Source: Geosiphon pyriformis uo1 (lineage: Eukaryota; Fungi; Glomeromycota). Taken from it: 64,000 nucleotides of DNA. The position numbers and the translations under genes were made by a program. Under the pieces are notes generated by a model. It made no database searches. It was not told where the DNA came from and saw only the letters and a list, made by a program, of their open reading frames with translations. Shown in pieces: positions 13,638 through 28,458 of the stretch. The DNA lies in assembly GCA_016748015.1 (NCBI GenBank), contig JAAOMT010000326.1:42430-106429 (forward strand), given 5' to 3'. Position 1 is the stretch's first letter. Every line of letters starts with the position of its first letter.

Positions 13638-14480
13638 TGTTACTCATAGAAAAATATAGAAAGAAAATAATAGAAAAAACAGATAGACCAATAGGAAAAT
13701 AGTAGTTAGCACATGAGCACATTGTTCAAGCAATATAGAGCAATGTCAAAAATTATGGTACATTGCTTAGCAATGTGGAACAATATTAGAAAAATAGGAC
13801 ACATTGCTCAAGAAATCATAGCACATTGCTTAGAAATATGAGCAATCTTATAGAACCTAAATTATATATATATAGCAAGAGCATTAGAAACAGAAAAAAC
13901 AGATCTTTCAGTTTAAATTTTATTTAAGCAACCTTTTACATCACAAATATCAATAAATAATTATTCACTATCTTAATTCACTTTCCACTATCAATACTTC
14001 ATGTTGATAGTAATTTATACTTAACCATACTGGACCAATAGCTCTTGATCATGGCTATTGATAAGATATTAACTTATTATTGCCTTGGCTTATTTTTTTA
14101 TTGTCTTTATTTTTTTTTATTTTTTTTTATTTTATTTTTTTTTGTTGTTGACTAATTGATTGAGGATTAAGTGCTGAATTATTAATATTAAGAATAGCCT
14201 GGTAAAAAACCCAAAAATAAGGGTAAAATTATATATATATTAATAGATAGCTTACTAGAAAGGCATGACTGCCAGAATAAATCTGGCCATCAAGCTAAGA
14301 AAAAAATTGGATGGAATTGCAATTTCAAAAAGCTACTATAATCAATATTGAATCTTTGTTCATTGTACAAAAAACTCTACAACAAAACCTTCAAATATTA
14401 CCAACATTAATATATATTAATTGAACACCAAGTTATGAGTTTGTTATTTGATTTGAGACTCCAAATAATCACTTGTAACA
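13638..14480 (+). repeat. 5' LTR of C
   Basis: TGTTACT...TGTAACA, direct repeat of 42837-43698, followed by TTTGGTGCT. Confidence 0.95.
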
Positions 14481-15001
14481 TTTGGTGCTTTCTATGAGAT
14501 ATAATCCTACAGAAAACCAGCACCAACAGCAATCATTCAAAAGTGGCAGAATCAGAAATAATAAAAACAAACCATTTAGAATTTTCTAAATATTTATTTC
14601 AANNNNNNNNNNNNNNNNNNNNTAAAATTATATATATATTAATAGATAGCTTACTAGAAAGGCATGACTGCCAGAATAAATCTGGCCATCAAGCTAAGAA
14701 AAAAATTGGATGGAATTGCAATTTCAAAAAGCTACTATAATCAATATTGAATCTTTGTTCATTGTACAAAAAACTCTACAACAAAACCTTCAAATATTAC
14801 CAACATTAATATATATTAATTGAACACCAAGTTATGAGTTTGTTATTTGATTTGAGACTCCAAATAATCACTTGTAACATTTGGTGCTTTCTATGAGATA
14901 TAATCCTACAGAAAACCAGCACCAACAGCAATCATTCAAAAGTGGCAGAATCAGAAATAATAAAAACAAACCATTTAGAATTTTCTAAATATTTATTTCA
15001 A
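14224..15001. other. Assembly artefact: 379-bp segment (LTR end, PBS, gag start) duplicated across a 20-N gap
   Basis: 14224-14602 equals 14623-15001 with no visible differences, whereas true LTR pairs here differ at many sites. Confidence 0.85.
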
Positions 15002-17597
15002 CAGTACAGCCAACAATTGGGCTTAACCAACCATTATCTAGTGGAATCAGCCTTCAACTTTTATGTTAACAAAAGAATCACAGATTTTTTTGGAAGACCA
15101 GTTGACATCAAATCAGCAAGAAAAAATTTTTATACAGAATTAATCCAACACACCAGCTTACTATAAAATCATAGTTTTACACTAATCATTAGAGAAATTA
15201 ATCAAAAAATTGAAAGATACACTCAACAACAATTCCCTATTACCTATGCAAATAAGAGTAAAGAAAAGTTACAAACACAGCAGCAATCCCAAAAGAAATA
15301 CAATTACCAATATGGAAGAAACAAAGAATTAAATCTCCACTATATCCATCATATCATCACACACCCAGAAGTACTATCAATATTGTATCAGCAAACATGT
15401 CCACATTAAATGTGACATCAACATTTGGACAACTCCTATTTTAAAGTAAACAAAAGAAAACAGAATTATTGGGAACTTATGGTGATTACTTTAAAGGATT
15501 CAAATCATGATTTCCAACATCATCAAAATATTGATTACCATTATTTCAACCAGATTTCGAAACTGCAAGTTTCTTAGAGATAATTAAATCAAAAGAAAAG
15601 AAAAATGACAATCAAGAATTTTACTACCACAATCTGATTGTAAAAACTCCAATCATTCAAATTCAGCAAAATCAGAATAATCTAAACCTTGACATTAATA
15701 ATCAACAATACTTACTTTTAGTAATTATTATCAACTCACCACCAGTTGCTACACAACAATAGCCACTGTCACAATCTCAAATTCAATTACCACCTCAACA
15801 ACAACAACAACAACCAAACTTGGATTCAATGGCCTACACCCCAATAGCAAAACTCAAAAAGTTTACTGGCAAAGAAAATGATGCCCAAATATGGCTCAAT
15901 AATGTTGAAAAAACCATTATGGCCAATGGATGGAATGACATAAGAGCCTTCCAAGCCATTCCATATTTTCTCCAGAATACTGTTGACTCATGATATCAAA
16001 GCCTGGTGAACAAACTCTAAGATTTCAATGTATTTAAGCTTGAGTTCTTACAATATTTCAGCAATAATAACAGCATTAACTGCTTAGTTAACATTGTCAC
16101 TACTATTAAACAAAGAGAAACTAAAGCAGTCACTACTTATTTGGAATGTTTTTACAGAAATCTGTGCCAAATTCAAACAATTCAAGCTGATTATTTTACT
16201 GCACCACAAATTTTGAATCAATTTATTAGAGGCCTGCACAATAGCATTCTTCAACATATATGTTTATTACATTTGACAGATCTTCAAGCCACTGTCATCA
16301 ACACCAGAGATTTTGAAGCCACTAAATTAGAAGCCAACCATGCCCAAGCCATAAATCTAATAATGAATAGATTATCTGACTTGGATTCCAAATTGAAACA
16401 ATTCAGTAATTCAATCAATCAGAAATTAGAGAAATACTTAGCTAACAACAATTAGACAATTTATCAACCTTCACAACAACACAGCAATTAAAAAAACTCT
16501 AATTGTTTCCAAAATTAATTATGTTTATTATTGTCAACCAATCAACAGTAGCAACAAGAAACACATGTTTGTCACTATTGTGGTAAACAAAAACACCTGC
16601 AAATCAATTGCCACTATTGCTTAAATAATCAATAATCAAGAAGTCAATATTAAAACTCTGATTGCTAGTTTCAAACTCAGAAATATTAACCAAACTCAGA
16701 ACTATATTAATTGGATTACCTACTAGTAATGCAGCCACCAATTTATTAAGCACCAATAATGCAGCAATTATATTCACCCCTAGTATATCAGCCTCCAGTA
16801 CCAGTTATTTATCAACCACAGCCACAAGTAATATATCAACCTCAGCAAATTTAAACACTACCACAAATTTCAACCCTAATGTCACATGGAAACCAAAAAC
16901 CAAGAACCATCCAACAAAACTGAAGATCAGCAATAGTTGTTCATTAACCAATTCCCAGTTTATCAAATCAACTATCAGGATTGCAACAGTGGAGTTCGAG
17001 AACCAGATACAATCAAAATCTAAATTCTCAGAACTATTTAAGTTTCTTGGTCACTTCAGGAGACACCACATTTAACAAATAGGAAACCAACCAAGAGCCA
17101 TTTATTAGCAATATATCTCCAGCAACTATTATGAAAGACAAATCTCTTGCAGCCATTTTTCTCTTTAAACTTAAGAAATCAGCAATGCTTCTTTTTAGTG
17201 AAATCATACTCAATACCAAATTCATTACTGTTATGTATACTAACACCAAAGTCAATAGTCAGACCATTAAACTGATTCTGAACACTAGGTTAGCAGGCAG
17301 TATTATTACACAACAACTTATAAACCAATTAAGTTGTCAGGTTAATTATGCTGTCAGCACCAGAATAATAATGACTAATAAAACAACCAAAACTTCTATT
17401 GACAAGATTGATGATTTCTCATTTGAAGTTAATGGTATTATTACACCAATCAAAGTTTTGGTGATGAAAGCTACACAGTAACAAGCACTAGTTGGTAATG
17501 ATTGGCTATTCAAAACCAATGTTGTGCTTGACTGTAACATGCAAAAGCTACAGCTTAGTCAGAATTGATGACATACAAGAGTGCCAGTTATGTGTGG
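14942..17597 (+). pseudogene. gag: C gag and aspartic protease
   Basis: N-terminal AESE..NHL domain; capsid from ATG 15829 (MAYTPIAKLKKFTG..QFIRGL); knuckle CHYCGKQKHLQINC ~16570-16612; protease LILNTRLAGSII (eroded DSG) in 17131-17481. Confidence 0.9.
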
Positions 17598-18478
17598 TGT
17601 TATCAGAGGTTTTTGGTCTCTTTTTTTGAATGCTGTTAATGTTGATTTGCTGTAAATTCATGTTCTTAAAAAGTAGTTGGACCTTCAGTAACTGAATTTA
17701 TTTTCAAATTATCTCCTATAATTTGAACTGCTGGGCTTATAAGTAGAATGGCCAATTTTGTGCCAGTTACTTTGTGTAGTTATATTGTAGTAAATGTTAA
17801 CTCTTTCTCAGAAATTGCTTATCTAGAAGCTTACTAAAAATGTGTAGTTATTTTGCTGTGAAAATCAACTTTTCTACAGGAATCTCGTCTGTAGACTATC
17901 CTAATGATTATAATAAGAAAAGAACAAAAAAATAAAAAAAATACAAAAGAAATAAAATTCTGTTAAGAGAAACGTTTTCTATCCAAACCTGAAATTACTA
18001 ACAATTTACTGAAATTGGTAGCTAATCAATTTCGAAATGTTAGTTGTGTTTGAGGGAATTTCAAGTATAATAATTTAAGAATTTGGTTTTCAAATATTTA
18101 ATTTTTATTTGAATGTGTAAAAAATGATTTGTTCTAATTAAGATATCTAAAGTAATATATTATGTTAAGATACTATGAAAAGATACATTTTCTTGAAAAA
18201 AGAGGTTCTTTTTTTATACAACTTGTTGTAATACTAGTTTTTAAACTTGCACTTTTCTCTTTGCTACAATTTGGATAAATTAAAGATACATTTCAGCAAA
18301 TTACAAGTTATTTTACTAAACTATTGATTATTTTAGCCAATTTTCATTAATTTCGGCAAATTTTGACTATGTTAAATGGTTTAAGGTATTGTGTAATTTG
18401 ATCATCTTAATTTCTATTGTACAAATCAGATTATTGATTAAGTAATAATATTTGATAATTTGATTAAATAATAAGTAA
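17598..18478 (-). repeat. 3' LTR of D, larger part
   Basis: Direct repeat of 36397-37277. Confidence 0.93.
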
Positions 18479-19378
18479 TGTTATAAGTAAACTTGTTGGA
18501 ATATGGTAATAACATTTGGTGTTTTACTTTTGCTCTTTCCACAGTATTAGTGTTATCAGTCTTTGAAAGTCTATTTCTAGATGTGAATTTACCCATTGAG
18601 TTTTTTGGTTATAAGGCACAAAGTTTGTTTTTTATTAATTGCAATGTTTTTCATAAATGTGAACTTTTTTCTCCATGCTAATGAGCACAGTTATTAGGAT
18701 CTGGCATTGTCTTTTTGCTTTTCTGATAAACTACTAAGATAACATTAATATCCAAAACTTTGAGGGAGCTTCCTTCTTTTACCAGACTATTACAAAGTCT
18801 ATTCCAAGACAGTCAATTTTTCTATGTTGCTGCTCCAAACAAAAGAAAAAAAAAAAAGAAAATAAAGAAAAAAATTAGTTTCCATCAATTGCTGTGATCA
18901 AAAGCAATTGGTCCAAATTGTTAAAAGTTCAAGACATTTATGCTAATGGCATCTGTTTCAGAACAAGGTAGAAAATATTGATTTTAATTTCAATTAAAAT
19001 TCATAAAATTGGAAAACATAAATTGGTAAATTGAATTTTGTGGTTTTTTTGATAATTATTGTATTTCAGACTATAAATATATGATAAATAGGATACAAAA
19101 TAAAAATTGATTACTAACTAACTGTCTTTTTTTTAACTTCTATACCTACTTGCTTTTATATATTCTTTTGGTTTTATAGAATTGCTTTCAATTGCTTTAC
19201 TATTGCTAGCTATTGTTTTATTATTGCTAGCTATTGCTCATTATTGCTAGTTATTGCTTATTATTGCTAGTTATTGCTCATGTTTGTTCTATGTTATCTC
19301 GAGTTGTACTGTGTTTTTCTTGTCACATTTTTTTGTCATGTTTTTCCATAGCTTTTTGGTTTTTCTATTCGAGTAACA
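18479..19378 (-). repeat. 3' LTR of E
   Basis: Direct repeat of 27434-28352; TGTTA..TAACA termini. Confidence 0.95.
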
Positions 19379-19392
19379 TTATCTCTCTCTTT

Positions 19393-20155
19393 TTAAAATT
19401 GAGCTCCTGCAAAATCATCTATTTCAGCCAAGTTTGTGTTTTTGGTAAAAAACTCGAATGTTGCTCCCAGTATTGCTTTTTGTAGAACTTCAAATTAGGT
19501 GTTTGTCATTTGTTCTATGTTGTTGACTGTAATAGTTTTCAAAGTTTCATCTAGTAATATTGTTAAATAGTGTTTAAATACTGTATATAGCCAGTATGTT
19601 GTTTTGTAATATAAGTTTAAGTTGGTTTTTCTCACAAATTTTTCTACTTGTCTGTAAGCTTCTTTGTTGATTGTTTAATGGTTGAGGTTTTTGTATAGGC
19701 TATTTAGTTCTAATTGTAATCCAATTTTAAATAGCCAATAGATGAGTAGAAGTTTTTTTTTCTATTTCTTTGCATTTTCAGATGTCCATTTTTCTGTTAC
19801 TGGCTCTGGTGTTTGTCTGTTCAGATCCTTTTTTATTTCCTTAATTCTCACCCAACACAGTTCCATTTCTGTCATCTTTTTTTTCTTTTTAGTTGTGTCA
19901 AGTTCTATTCACATCATATCCCTTTTTTTTTTCTTTTATAGAGAGAGGTTTGCTTGTAAAAGTGAAACAGCTTAGTTCTAGTTGAACTTTTGTCCATCTC
20001 TTTCTTGCTCCTATCTCTGTATTGTATTTTTTTTTATCAATTGTAATTTCTATTTGAGCAGAAGATTGTTGAATTGCATTAAACAGTTGTTTCAAAAGTT
20101 GTAGAATTTGATCTAAAAAGTTTATGTTGAAAAGATTTTATTGTTTTTTTGTCAT
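19393..20155 (-). pseudogene. E ORF3 (unknown helical protein)
   Basis: ATG at 20155; LKQLFNAIQQSSAQIEITID; ends TITVNNIEQMTNT*FEVL..DDFAGAQF* at the PPT; homologous to ORF3 of C, D and G. Confidence 0.75.
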
Positions 20156-20208
20156 TTTCTGGATGGTATATATACTTGAATTTTCCAATTTAATTTGCTA
20201 TATGTTGT

Positions 20209-23200
20209 TTATGTTTTGATAACAATGATTGGTTCCAGATTTCATGATATATCTTCTGGTCTGATTAATAGAATTTGTGTTCCTAGTTGAGGTATTAATG
20301 ATAATAACTGTTGTTTCACATGATAAATTTTTAATTGATTCCCATGAGCTATTTTTTTCAAAATCTTATCTTTTAATTGTAATTTGTAAGCTCCATTTCC
20401 TAAAGCTTCATGTATGTGAAATAAGCCATCCCACTTTGGGTCAAACTTTCCACTCCATTGTTTCTCCACTTTTGTATAATATAATAGTACTTGGTCTTTA
20501 ATCTTAAATTCCATTGGTTGTTTGAGTAGGCAATTATTATGTCTTTTTTTTTGTCATTCTTGAGCATTGCTAATATTGTCAGCTGTTGTTCTACAATTGT
20601 TTTCTAATGTTTCTATTAACTGGTATGTTCTTTAATATAAGATAGCTTCAAAATTTTTTTTGTTAATAGTTTTTGTTGGGTAGAACACTATTTTTCATTC
20701 AATAGGTAGTATTGCTTTTCTTCCATAAACTAATTCAAATAGTGTAAACTGTGTCATATTTTGCTTTAATGTTTGATATGTAAAGAATACAAAAAGTATA
20801 AATAAGTCCCATTCTTGTTTGTTTTCATAACTTATTTTTACTAATGATTCACATAATTTTCTGTTAAACTATTCTACCAGTTTATTTGTTTGTGAGTAAT
20901 ATGGTAATAATAGAAGTTGTTTTATACCAAATTGTTAACACAATTCAGTTAACATAGTATTAACAAAATGTATTTTTTAGTCTGATAACAATTCTTTTGG
21001 ACATCTATGTCTGCATATTAGATCTTGGTGTACAAATTCAGCTATTGTTTTGGCATTAGCTACTTGGATTGCTCTGACTTCTGGCCATTTTGTAAGGTAG
21101 TCTACAGCTACTGCATTATAATAATTTTCTTTAGATATAATCAAGAGAAGACCAACCAAATCAATCCCAATTCTATCAAATGAATTTCCAACTGAAATGG
21201 GTTGAAGTGGTTCTGTTACTTTGACTCCTCCTCTTTACTGGCATGAGTTACAATTGAGAACATATTCGAAGATATCCTTATACATCATAGGTCAATAGTA
21301 TAGATTTGTTGTTCTTTCTAAAATTGTGTCTTTGTTGAAGTGTTCTACAGTTGGGTCAAAATACATACTATATAATATAGCTTCTTTTTTATTATTCTTG
21401 ATCAACTGTTGTGGGGTAGTGTGGTTTTGTTATTTTTAACAATAGAGTTGGTCATTTTGAATAAAGTAATTTTACACTCGTTTTTGCATAGTATTTTGTT
21501 CCTGTTCAGATAAAATCTTCTTGAAATGTAGTGTTAATAGGTACTGATGTAATTGCTAATAAGTAAGTGTATCCATGAGTCTGAGATTAGATTTGTAGCA
21601 TTCTTAACAAACTGTTAATATTGGTGTTCTTGGATTTTTCTTTGTAATGAACTTTGAGTAAGAATTGTTGCAGATAAGTACTCTATCTTGCATATTTTTT
21701 TTCCAGCTGTGGATTATTGAGTAGCCAGATTAATTTTTTATGATTAGTATATAGGTCAAATAATTGGCTCAGGTAATGTTTCCAGATTTGTACAGCCCAA
21801 TAAATGGCAAAACTAGTCTGTTGCACTATATATCTTTTCCACTAGACTTGTGTTATGGCTAGCATATGCAATTGGATGTTCTTTTTTGTCTAGTCCAATC
21901 TGAAATAAGACAGCTCTTAGTGTATTTTTCAAGGCATTCATAGCAACAATGAAACATTTGGTGAAATCTGGGTAGATCAATACTAAAGAGGTGATTAACT
22001 ACTGTTTAAGATAGTCAAATGTTTTCTGTTGTTCCTTCTTCTATCAGTATAGTACGTGCTTAGATAGCAAATAATAAAGTGGTTTTGTAATGGTTGAAAA
22101 ATCTTTGATGAACTGTTAGTAATATCCTGCTAATTCTAGAAATCCATGTAATTCTCAAAGATTGATGGAGGCTCAAAAATCTTTGACTTTCTGGATTTTG
22201 TTTGGATCAAGTTTGACTTTGTCTTTGCCAATTATATGTTCTAAGAATTTCAGCTTGGTTTTCCCAAAGAAGTATTTGTTGGAGTTAAGTTTTAGTTCAG
22301 CATTTTAAAAATGTTCGAAGACTTATTGGAGGTGTAGCAAATATTTGTCAAACATTTCTGAGAACATGTTTGTGTTGTCTAAATAAATTATGACTGATTT
22401 TTATAGGATTCTCTTATATACGATGTCCATAAGACATTGGAAGATGGTGAAAACATTGCAAAGTTCAAAGAGCATTACATTAAATTCAAAATTTCTGTCT
22501 TGGGTGGTAAATGCTATTTTTTTTTTGTCTTTTGGATCTATTTTAACTTGTCAATATCTACTGGCTAGATCTAGTAATGAGAACCATTTCTTTTTTCCTA
22601 AGTTGTTTAGGATTTTTTGGATAAGAAAAGTGAAATAGCTATCTCTTTGGGTAATTCTATTTAATTTCTGGTAATCCTCACAGAATCATATCTTTCCATT
22701 TTTCTTTGTAACTAAGACTATTGGAGAGAACCAAGGGCTTAATAATTCTTTAATCAGTCTGTTGTCAAGCATTCATTGTACTTCCTGCTTAATTAGATTA
22801 TCACTAGATGGGAATACATGGTAAGCTTGCTGCTTAATAGATCAAGCATCTCCAGCATCAATCTGGTGTTTTACAATGTCAGTGTGTTCAAACTTATTTT
22901 TACTGGCAAAGACATCAGTGTATTGGTTTAATAAAATCTTCAATTGCATTTGCTATAAAGTGCTCAGGTTTTCCAAATTGAGTTTATTAATTTTTTTCAG
23001 TGAGAACAAGTAACTTTTCTTTGGCAGGTTCTATACTTGTAAAGTAATATCACAGAACAAGAACAATTGAGTGAAATTTGGAATAAGCTGAGGTTTTTCT
23101 GAATTCTGAATATCTAAAGATATAGAACCAATGAGAGTTCCCTCAGGAATTTTGATAACATTTTTGGTTGGATTGTGAATAGAAATTCTGAAGTGCTTAT

Positions 23201-26200
23201 GAGCTTTGGCTGGTAAATACAGATTAGCGACGTCAGTTAGCAAGCAGATTTCAGGATTGGCCTTAAAGATTAGTGCTTAGTTCTGAATTTTTTGGTTAAC
23301 TTTGAGAATATACTGCTGATAAGGAGGGATAGAAATAATGGTGTTGGTGTAGATAAGTTCTACTTGGTCATTATTCTCTTCCATAAAATTAACCATTATG
23401 TTTTTCTTCTACTTGAGCCAAACCCATTGATTCTTTGGACAGTAAGGCCTAATTTTTCTTAGGTGGTAATTGGGGCTAGTTGGAGTATTTTGACTAAAGG
23501 TAAGAAGATGGCTTGGATGATCTTTTTATGGAATTCGATCTTATAGAGTTTGTCTGAATTGTTCTGTAATATTACAATGATGTTTTCTATATATTTGGCA
23601 TTGATAATTTCTCCTTTTACATCAATTTTTTTCTTTGTAAGGCTCAATCTAAACATTACTTGTACCATGGTGCTAACATGAATTTCTAATGTTATTTTGA
23701 GATTTATTCTTACCAGAGAATATAGGACTATAACTATGGGTAACTGTTCAGAATATTTTAAGTCAAAACCTGTATTGGTTTTGTGTGCTTTTTCTGGGCA
23801 TATTCCTTCATTGTTGTTACTGTACCATTTTAATTCTAATTCTTTGGAGAGATTGGAGTATGCAAGATATTGTTCTATTTTGGTAATCTGATTTGGTTCT
23901 TGAAATAACATGTTCTTGGTGAGTAATTCCTCTTCTTTTTTAGGCTCAGATAATTTAATGACTGAATATAAGATTCTGGGAGGTGGGTTAAACATGAAAT
24001 TACATTCATTGCAGTATTAGAAGTGGCAAGGAATTAAGCAGTGATCTTATAGTTTGGTATTTAGATCAGCTAGTTACTGTTCTTGCTCTTCTTAGATCAG
24101 AGCCAATTCCTGATATTGGTTCTGAAATGTATTGGAGTTATTTGTGAAAAAATCATTTGCAGGATAGTTAAGTCCATTATATTTGGATGTCCAAGGGTTG
24201 TCTTTGATTTTTTGTATCTCTTTGGGTGTGGTGTCTTCAGCTTTGGCACTTGCCATTCTTCAGATTTTGTGATCATTGTGTGAATAACCATCCAGTCTAT
24301 TGAGTGCTCATTTCCAAGTGTCTTTGATAAGAGTTCCCTTTCATATCCAATTGTTGATTAATATAATGTATTGACAAGTCTTATTGCATGTTTTTCCTCT
24401 GTCAGACACATCATTCCAGAGTCTTTCATCAGGCAGGATCTTGTCACATACAAGACATAACATGTTGTCTTACTTATCTGGTCATTTTGGTCATCCAAAT
24501 CTTTTCAGTATACAAGATCTACATTAGTATTTGGTAGCAGTGAGCCATTCTTCATTGTCTCTAATATATGTATTCATAGGAGATAGTTTTTTTTCACAAT
24601 CAACACATATTAGTCTTAGAGATTGGTAAAATAGGTTTTTTTGGTCTGAGATTATGTATCCTAATGATGACAATTGGGGTTTTTCTTTGGCTCTGCCTTT
24701 TTTTTTTCTTCTTAGGTTGGTGGTGGGGGTAGTTCAGTTCAATAATCATCTGCTCATGAAACTTAATAGATCTTGATGGTCAGTGGTAGTGATATGTCTT
24801 TAAATTCAATAAAGAGTTCCTTAGTATGTTGGGTTTTAAAGTGGCTGCACATAGCTGGGACTCAAACATGTTGTCTATTGAAAATGAGTTGAAGTTTTTG
24901 GGTGTTCCAGTCGAGAGTACCATTGGCTTTTGACAACCAATCATTTTCTATTAGAGCTTGATATTGAGTAGTTTCCATGACAAATACTTTGGTAGAGATC
25001 TGGATTCTATTAATTTCAAAGAGAAAGTTGTCAATTTTTCCTATTGGGGTTTTTGTGTTTCCATTAGCTGTAATAATCCAGGCAATAGCAGCACAGTTTA
25101 CTTGGCAACCTAGTTGGTCTATGAGCTGTTTCGTAATTATGCTACTGGCTAATCTGCTATCTAGGATTAATTTAATGTTTATTTCTCCGACTCTGGCATT
25201 GGTATATAGGGCCATTATTGGTTTATCCTGATTGATGACTGCTTTACTAAAAAGGCTATAGGTGTTTAAATTATTGATATTAAAAAGAAATATGATGGCT
25301 AGGGTAGTGTCCTCAGTAATAGTGGCTGGTAGAATATTGCTTTTTGTTTGCTTGGAAGGTTTGGAGGTTTGTTTTACATCCCTCTTTTCTATAGGTGTAG
25401 ATTTATCAAAACTCTGGTCTTCTATAAGACTGAGATAGAAAGCTTGATTCAAGTATCCAGTTGGTGCTGGTCGAAATTGGGCAGGACTGTGAGGGATTAG
25501 TTGAGATAATCCACTGTTGGTTTGTGCCTAATTGTTGTTGAAATTCTTTCATCCCTAATTATAGTCTATAGCTTGAGGTCTGGGCTGGCTGTAAGGGAAA
25601 GTTTGATAATGAGAGATTGTTTGTGTTATTGGTAATAGTTAATAATAACTCTGGAACAGTGATTGAGTGTACAAGACTTGTTGTGTATACTGGGGCAGTT
25701 GATTTTGAAGTATAGAATATTGGGATACCATGTTTTGCTAATATTTTGGTTGCTAGTATTGGTTTTCTTGATTTTGGTTTATTATCTTCTTTCTACAGTC
25801 CTGGACAATATGTCCAAATTTTTAGCAGTAGTAACAGTTATGAGGATCAGATCTCTAAGGTTGTTGCTGTTGCTGATAGTTCTGTTGCTAGGGATATCTG
25901 CTGTTGTTGTTATTTTCTCTCTGTTGTGGTGGTTGGTAAGTTTCTGTGGTTCTGGCTAAGAATCTCTCAATTTTCTGAGTTAGTTTCTTACTTAATTGGG
26001 TTATCTTTGTATCAATGTTAAAGGTTCTATTAATGACTAAATTAACGGCTTGGGTATGATTTGCTTCTTGTTTTGCAAACTCAAAATTGTAAGCAAGAGT
26101 AACAGCATCTTGTAAATTGGTTGGATGATGTGGTCTTATGGATCTTAGAATACTACTCTGCAATCTTTTAATGAATTAATTAAGAACTTGCATCACAGTA

Positions 26201-27372
26201 TAGTAGTCCCTTTTAATAGCTAATATTTGACAAAAAATTTAATTGAATCATTCAAGATAAGTAGTTACTGCTTCATGATCTTTTTGTTTAATTATGCTGA
26301 ATTGATTCTGTAATCAGATTAAAGTATTGGGGTTGCAAAAATATTATAGAAAGGCAAGCTTAAAAATGTTAAAGTCAGTTGGTTTTTTTGCAATGCTTTG
26401 ATACTACAAGTCTGCAGTTCCGGTTAGAAAGAATGGCAGCACTTGAATAGCTCTGTCATCATTTCAGTTATTGGTAGTAATTGTTTTCTCAGCTTTCACA
26501 ATCCACAAATATGTATTGTCTTCTTTTTCTGAGAATTTTTGTAACTTAGTAATATCTTGGTAAGTCATGATTTAGTTGATAGGTGAGGTGTTACTGGTTA
26601 TGTTTAAGGGAATTGGTGTCTACATTTTCAAGTGTTCTCCAGGTGCTAATGCTGGTTGTTTTCTTTTGTCACTTGAACCAATAGGTTGTAAGATAGCTGT
26701 TCTTTCTGTTAAGAGAAATGCTAATTCTGCTGGGTTTTGTGCTGGTGGTTGTTTCTAAGTTGATGTGTTTTTTTCTGTTTGACTGGCTGTTGAAATAAGA
26801 TTTCCAAACAGTGATTCATATTCTTCTAGTGATTTGGTCCAATTGTGTTGACTCCAAGAGTGTGAATTTCCAGAAGTTTGTGGTGTTTCTGACTGAATTT
26901 CCAGGAGTGGATTGAATACAATTTTATTTTAAAGTGTCTGATAATATGATGGAATTGTTGGGGAGAGGAACCTTGGTTTCTTGTTAACTATGGACTTGTC
27001 TTGAACAGTTGTGTGATTATTGGATCCATATTCGTATTCCTCCAAATTAGATTCTACTGGTTGTTGTACTTGAGGAAATCATTTTGTCACATAGTGTTTA
27101 ATATCTGTATCAACTATGTATAAAGTTTCAGTAATTGCTTGAGTAGTAGTAGTTTTTAAGTATTTTCGTAAGCTTTAATGGATTTGTTCTCTAAGTCTTT
27201 CTGAATTAGTTGTGTGGCCTAATAAACAGTTGATTTTTGCATTGATATAATTACAAAAATCACTTTCTGTGATAGTGGTTTCTGCTGGTATTCTTAAATC
27301 TTTTCAAAAGTATTGAAATAATGTTTTTTCATATAAGGAGTGGTCTTTTCTTATTGTTCTAATAGTCGCCAC
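20209..27372 (-). pseudogene. pol: E gag-pol: gag, PR, Cys-rich domain, dUTPase, dUTPase-like, RT, RNase H, IN
   Basis: Knuckle CYYC*KFGHIVQDC ~25795-25840; LILDSRLASSII (24862-25452); TGFDLKY..IIQAIF (23459-23995); RT ~22150-22900; VDYLTKWPE and WDGLFHI (IN). Confidence 0.92.
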
Positions 27373-27433
27373 TTTTGTGTATCTCTGAAGTGCTCTGTCT
27401 CTGTGGATTTATAATCTTACAGGGAGTACCAAA

Positions 27434-28352
27434 TATTACAGGTAAACTTGTTAGGATATAGTAATAACATTTGGTGTTCTACTTTTAGGTTATTTTTTAA
27501 GACTGTCTGTTCTTTTCAAAGTGTTAGTATTATCAGTCTCTGAAGGTCTATTCCTGGATGTAAATTTACCTATTGAGTTCTTTGGTTATAAGGCACAGAG
27601 TTTGTTTTTTGTTGATTACAACGTTTTCCATAAATATGAGCTTTCTTCTCTGTGCTAATGCACACAGTTATTAAGATCTGGTGTTGTCTTTTTGCCCTTC
27701 TAGTAAGCTACCAAGATAATATTAATATCTAAAACTTAGAAGAAGCTTCTCTCTTTTACCAGGCTATCATGAAGTCTATTCTAAGACAGTTGATTTTTCT
27801 ATGTTGCCACTCCAAACAAAAAAAGAATAATAAAAAAAGAATAATAAAAAATAATAAAAAAATAAAAGAATTAGTTCTTGTTAATTGCCATGATCAAGAG
27901 CAATTGGTTCAAATCATTAAAGATTCAAGACATTTATGCTAATGGCATCTGTTTCAGAACAAAATAAGAAATACTGATTTCAATTTCAATTAAAATCTGT
28001 AAGATTGAAGAACATAAATTGGTAAATTAAATTTTGTGGTTTTTTTGATAATTTTTATATTTCGAACTATAAATATATAATAAATAGGATACAAAGTAAA
28101 AATTAATTACTAACTAACTGTTTTTTTTAACTTTTATACCTACTTGCTTTTATATATTCTTTTGGTTTTATAGAATTGTTTTCAATTGCTTCACTATTGC
28201 TAGCTATTGTTTTGTTATTGCTAGCTATTGTTCATTATTGCTAGCTATTGTTCACATTTGTTTTATGTTATTTTGAGTTGTACTACATTTTTTTTGTCAC
28301 GTTTCTTTGTTATGTTTTTCCATAGCTTTTTGGTTTTTCTATTCAGATAACA
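27434..28352 (-). repeat. 5' LTR of E
   Basis: Repeat of 18479-19378, adjacent to the PBS at ~27414-27431. Confidence 0.95.
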
Positions 28353-28447
28353 GTATTAATCGAAATAATAATAATATATGCTATTTAATAATAAGAATTA
28401 TAAAGATAATTTCATGCTATTTAATAGCTAAAATTCTATTGGTAACA
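28353..28447 (-). repeat. 3' LTR of D, smaller (U3-end) part
   Basis: Matches 37274-37367 and ends GGTAACA next to the PPT. Confidence 0.92.
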
Positions 28448-28458
28448 TAATTTCCTTC

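Larger units (their letters stand above)
18479..28352 (-). mobile_element. Ty3/Gypsy element E, full length, inserted in the 3' LTR of D
   Basis: LTRs 18479-19378 and 27434-28352; TSD GTAA (18475-18478)/GTAT (28353-28356); PBS TTTGGTACTCCCTGTAAG; PPT ~19382-19394. Confidence 0.95.

Noticed and set aside
14224-15001. Apparent tandem LTR-end/PBS duplication in C (also 3339-3958)
   Set aside because: Identical copies either side of a 20-N gap in otherwise hypermutated DNA indicate unmerged contig overlap.
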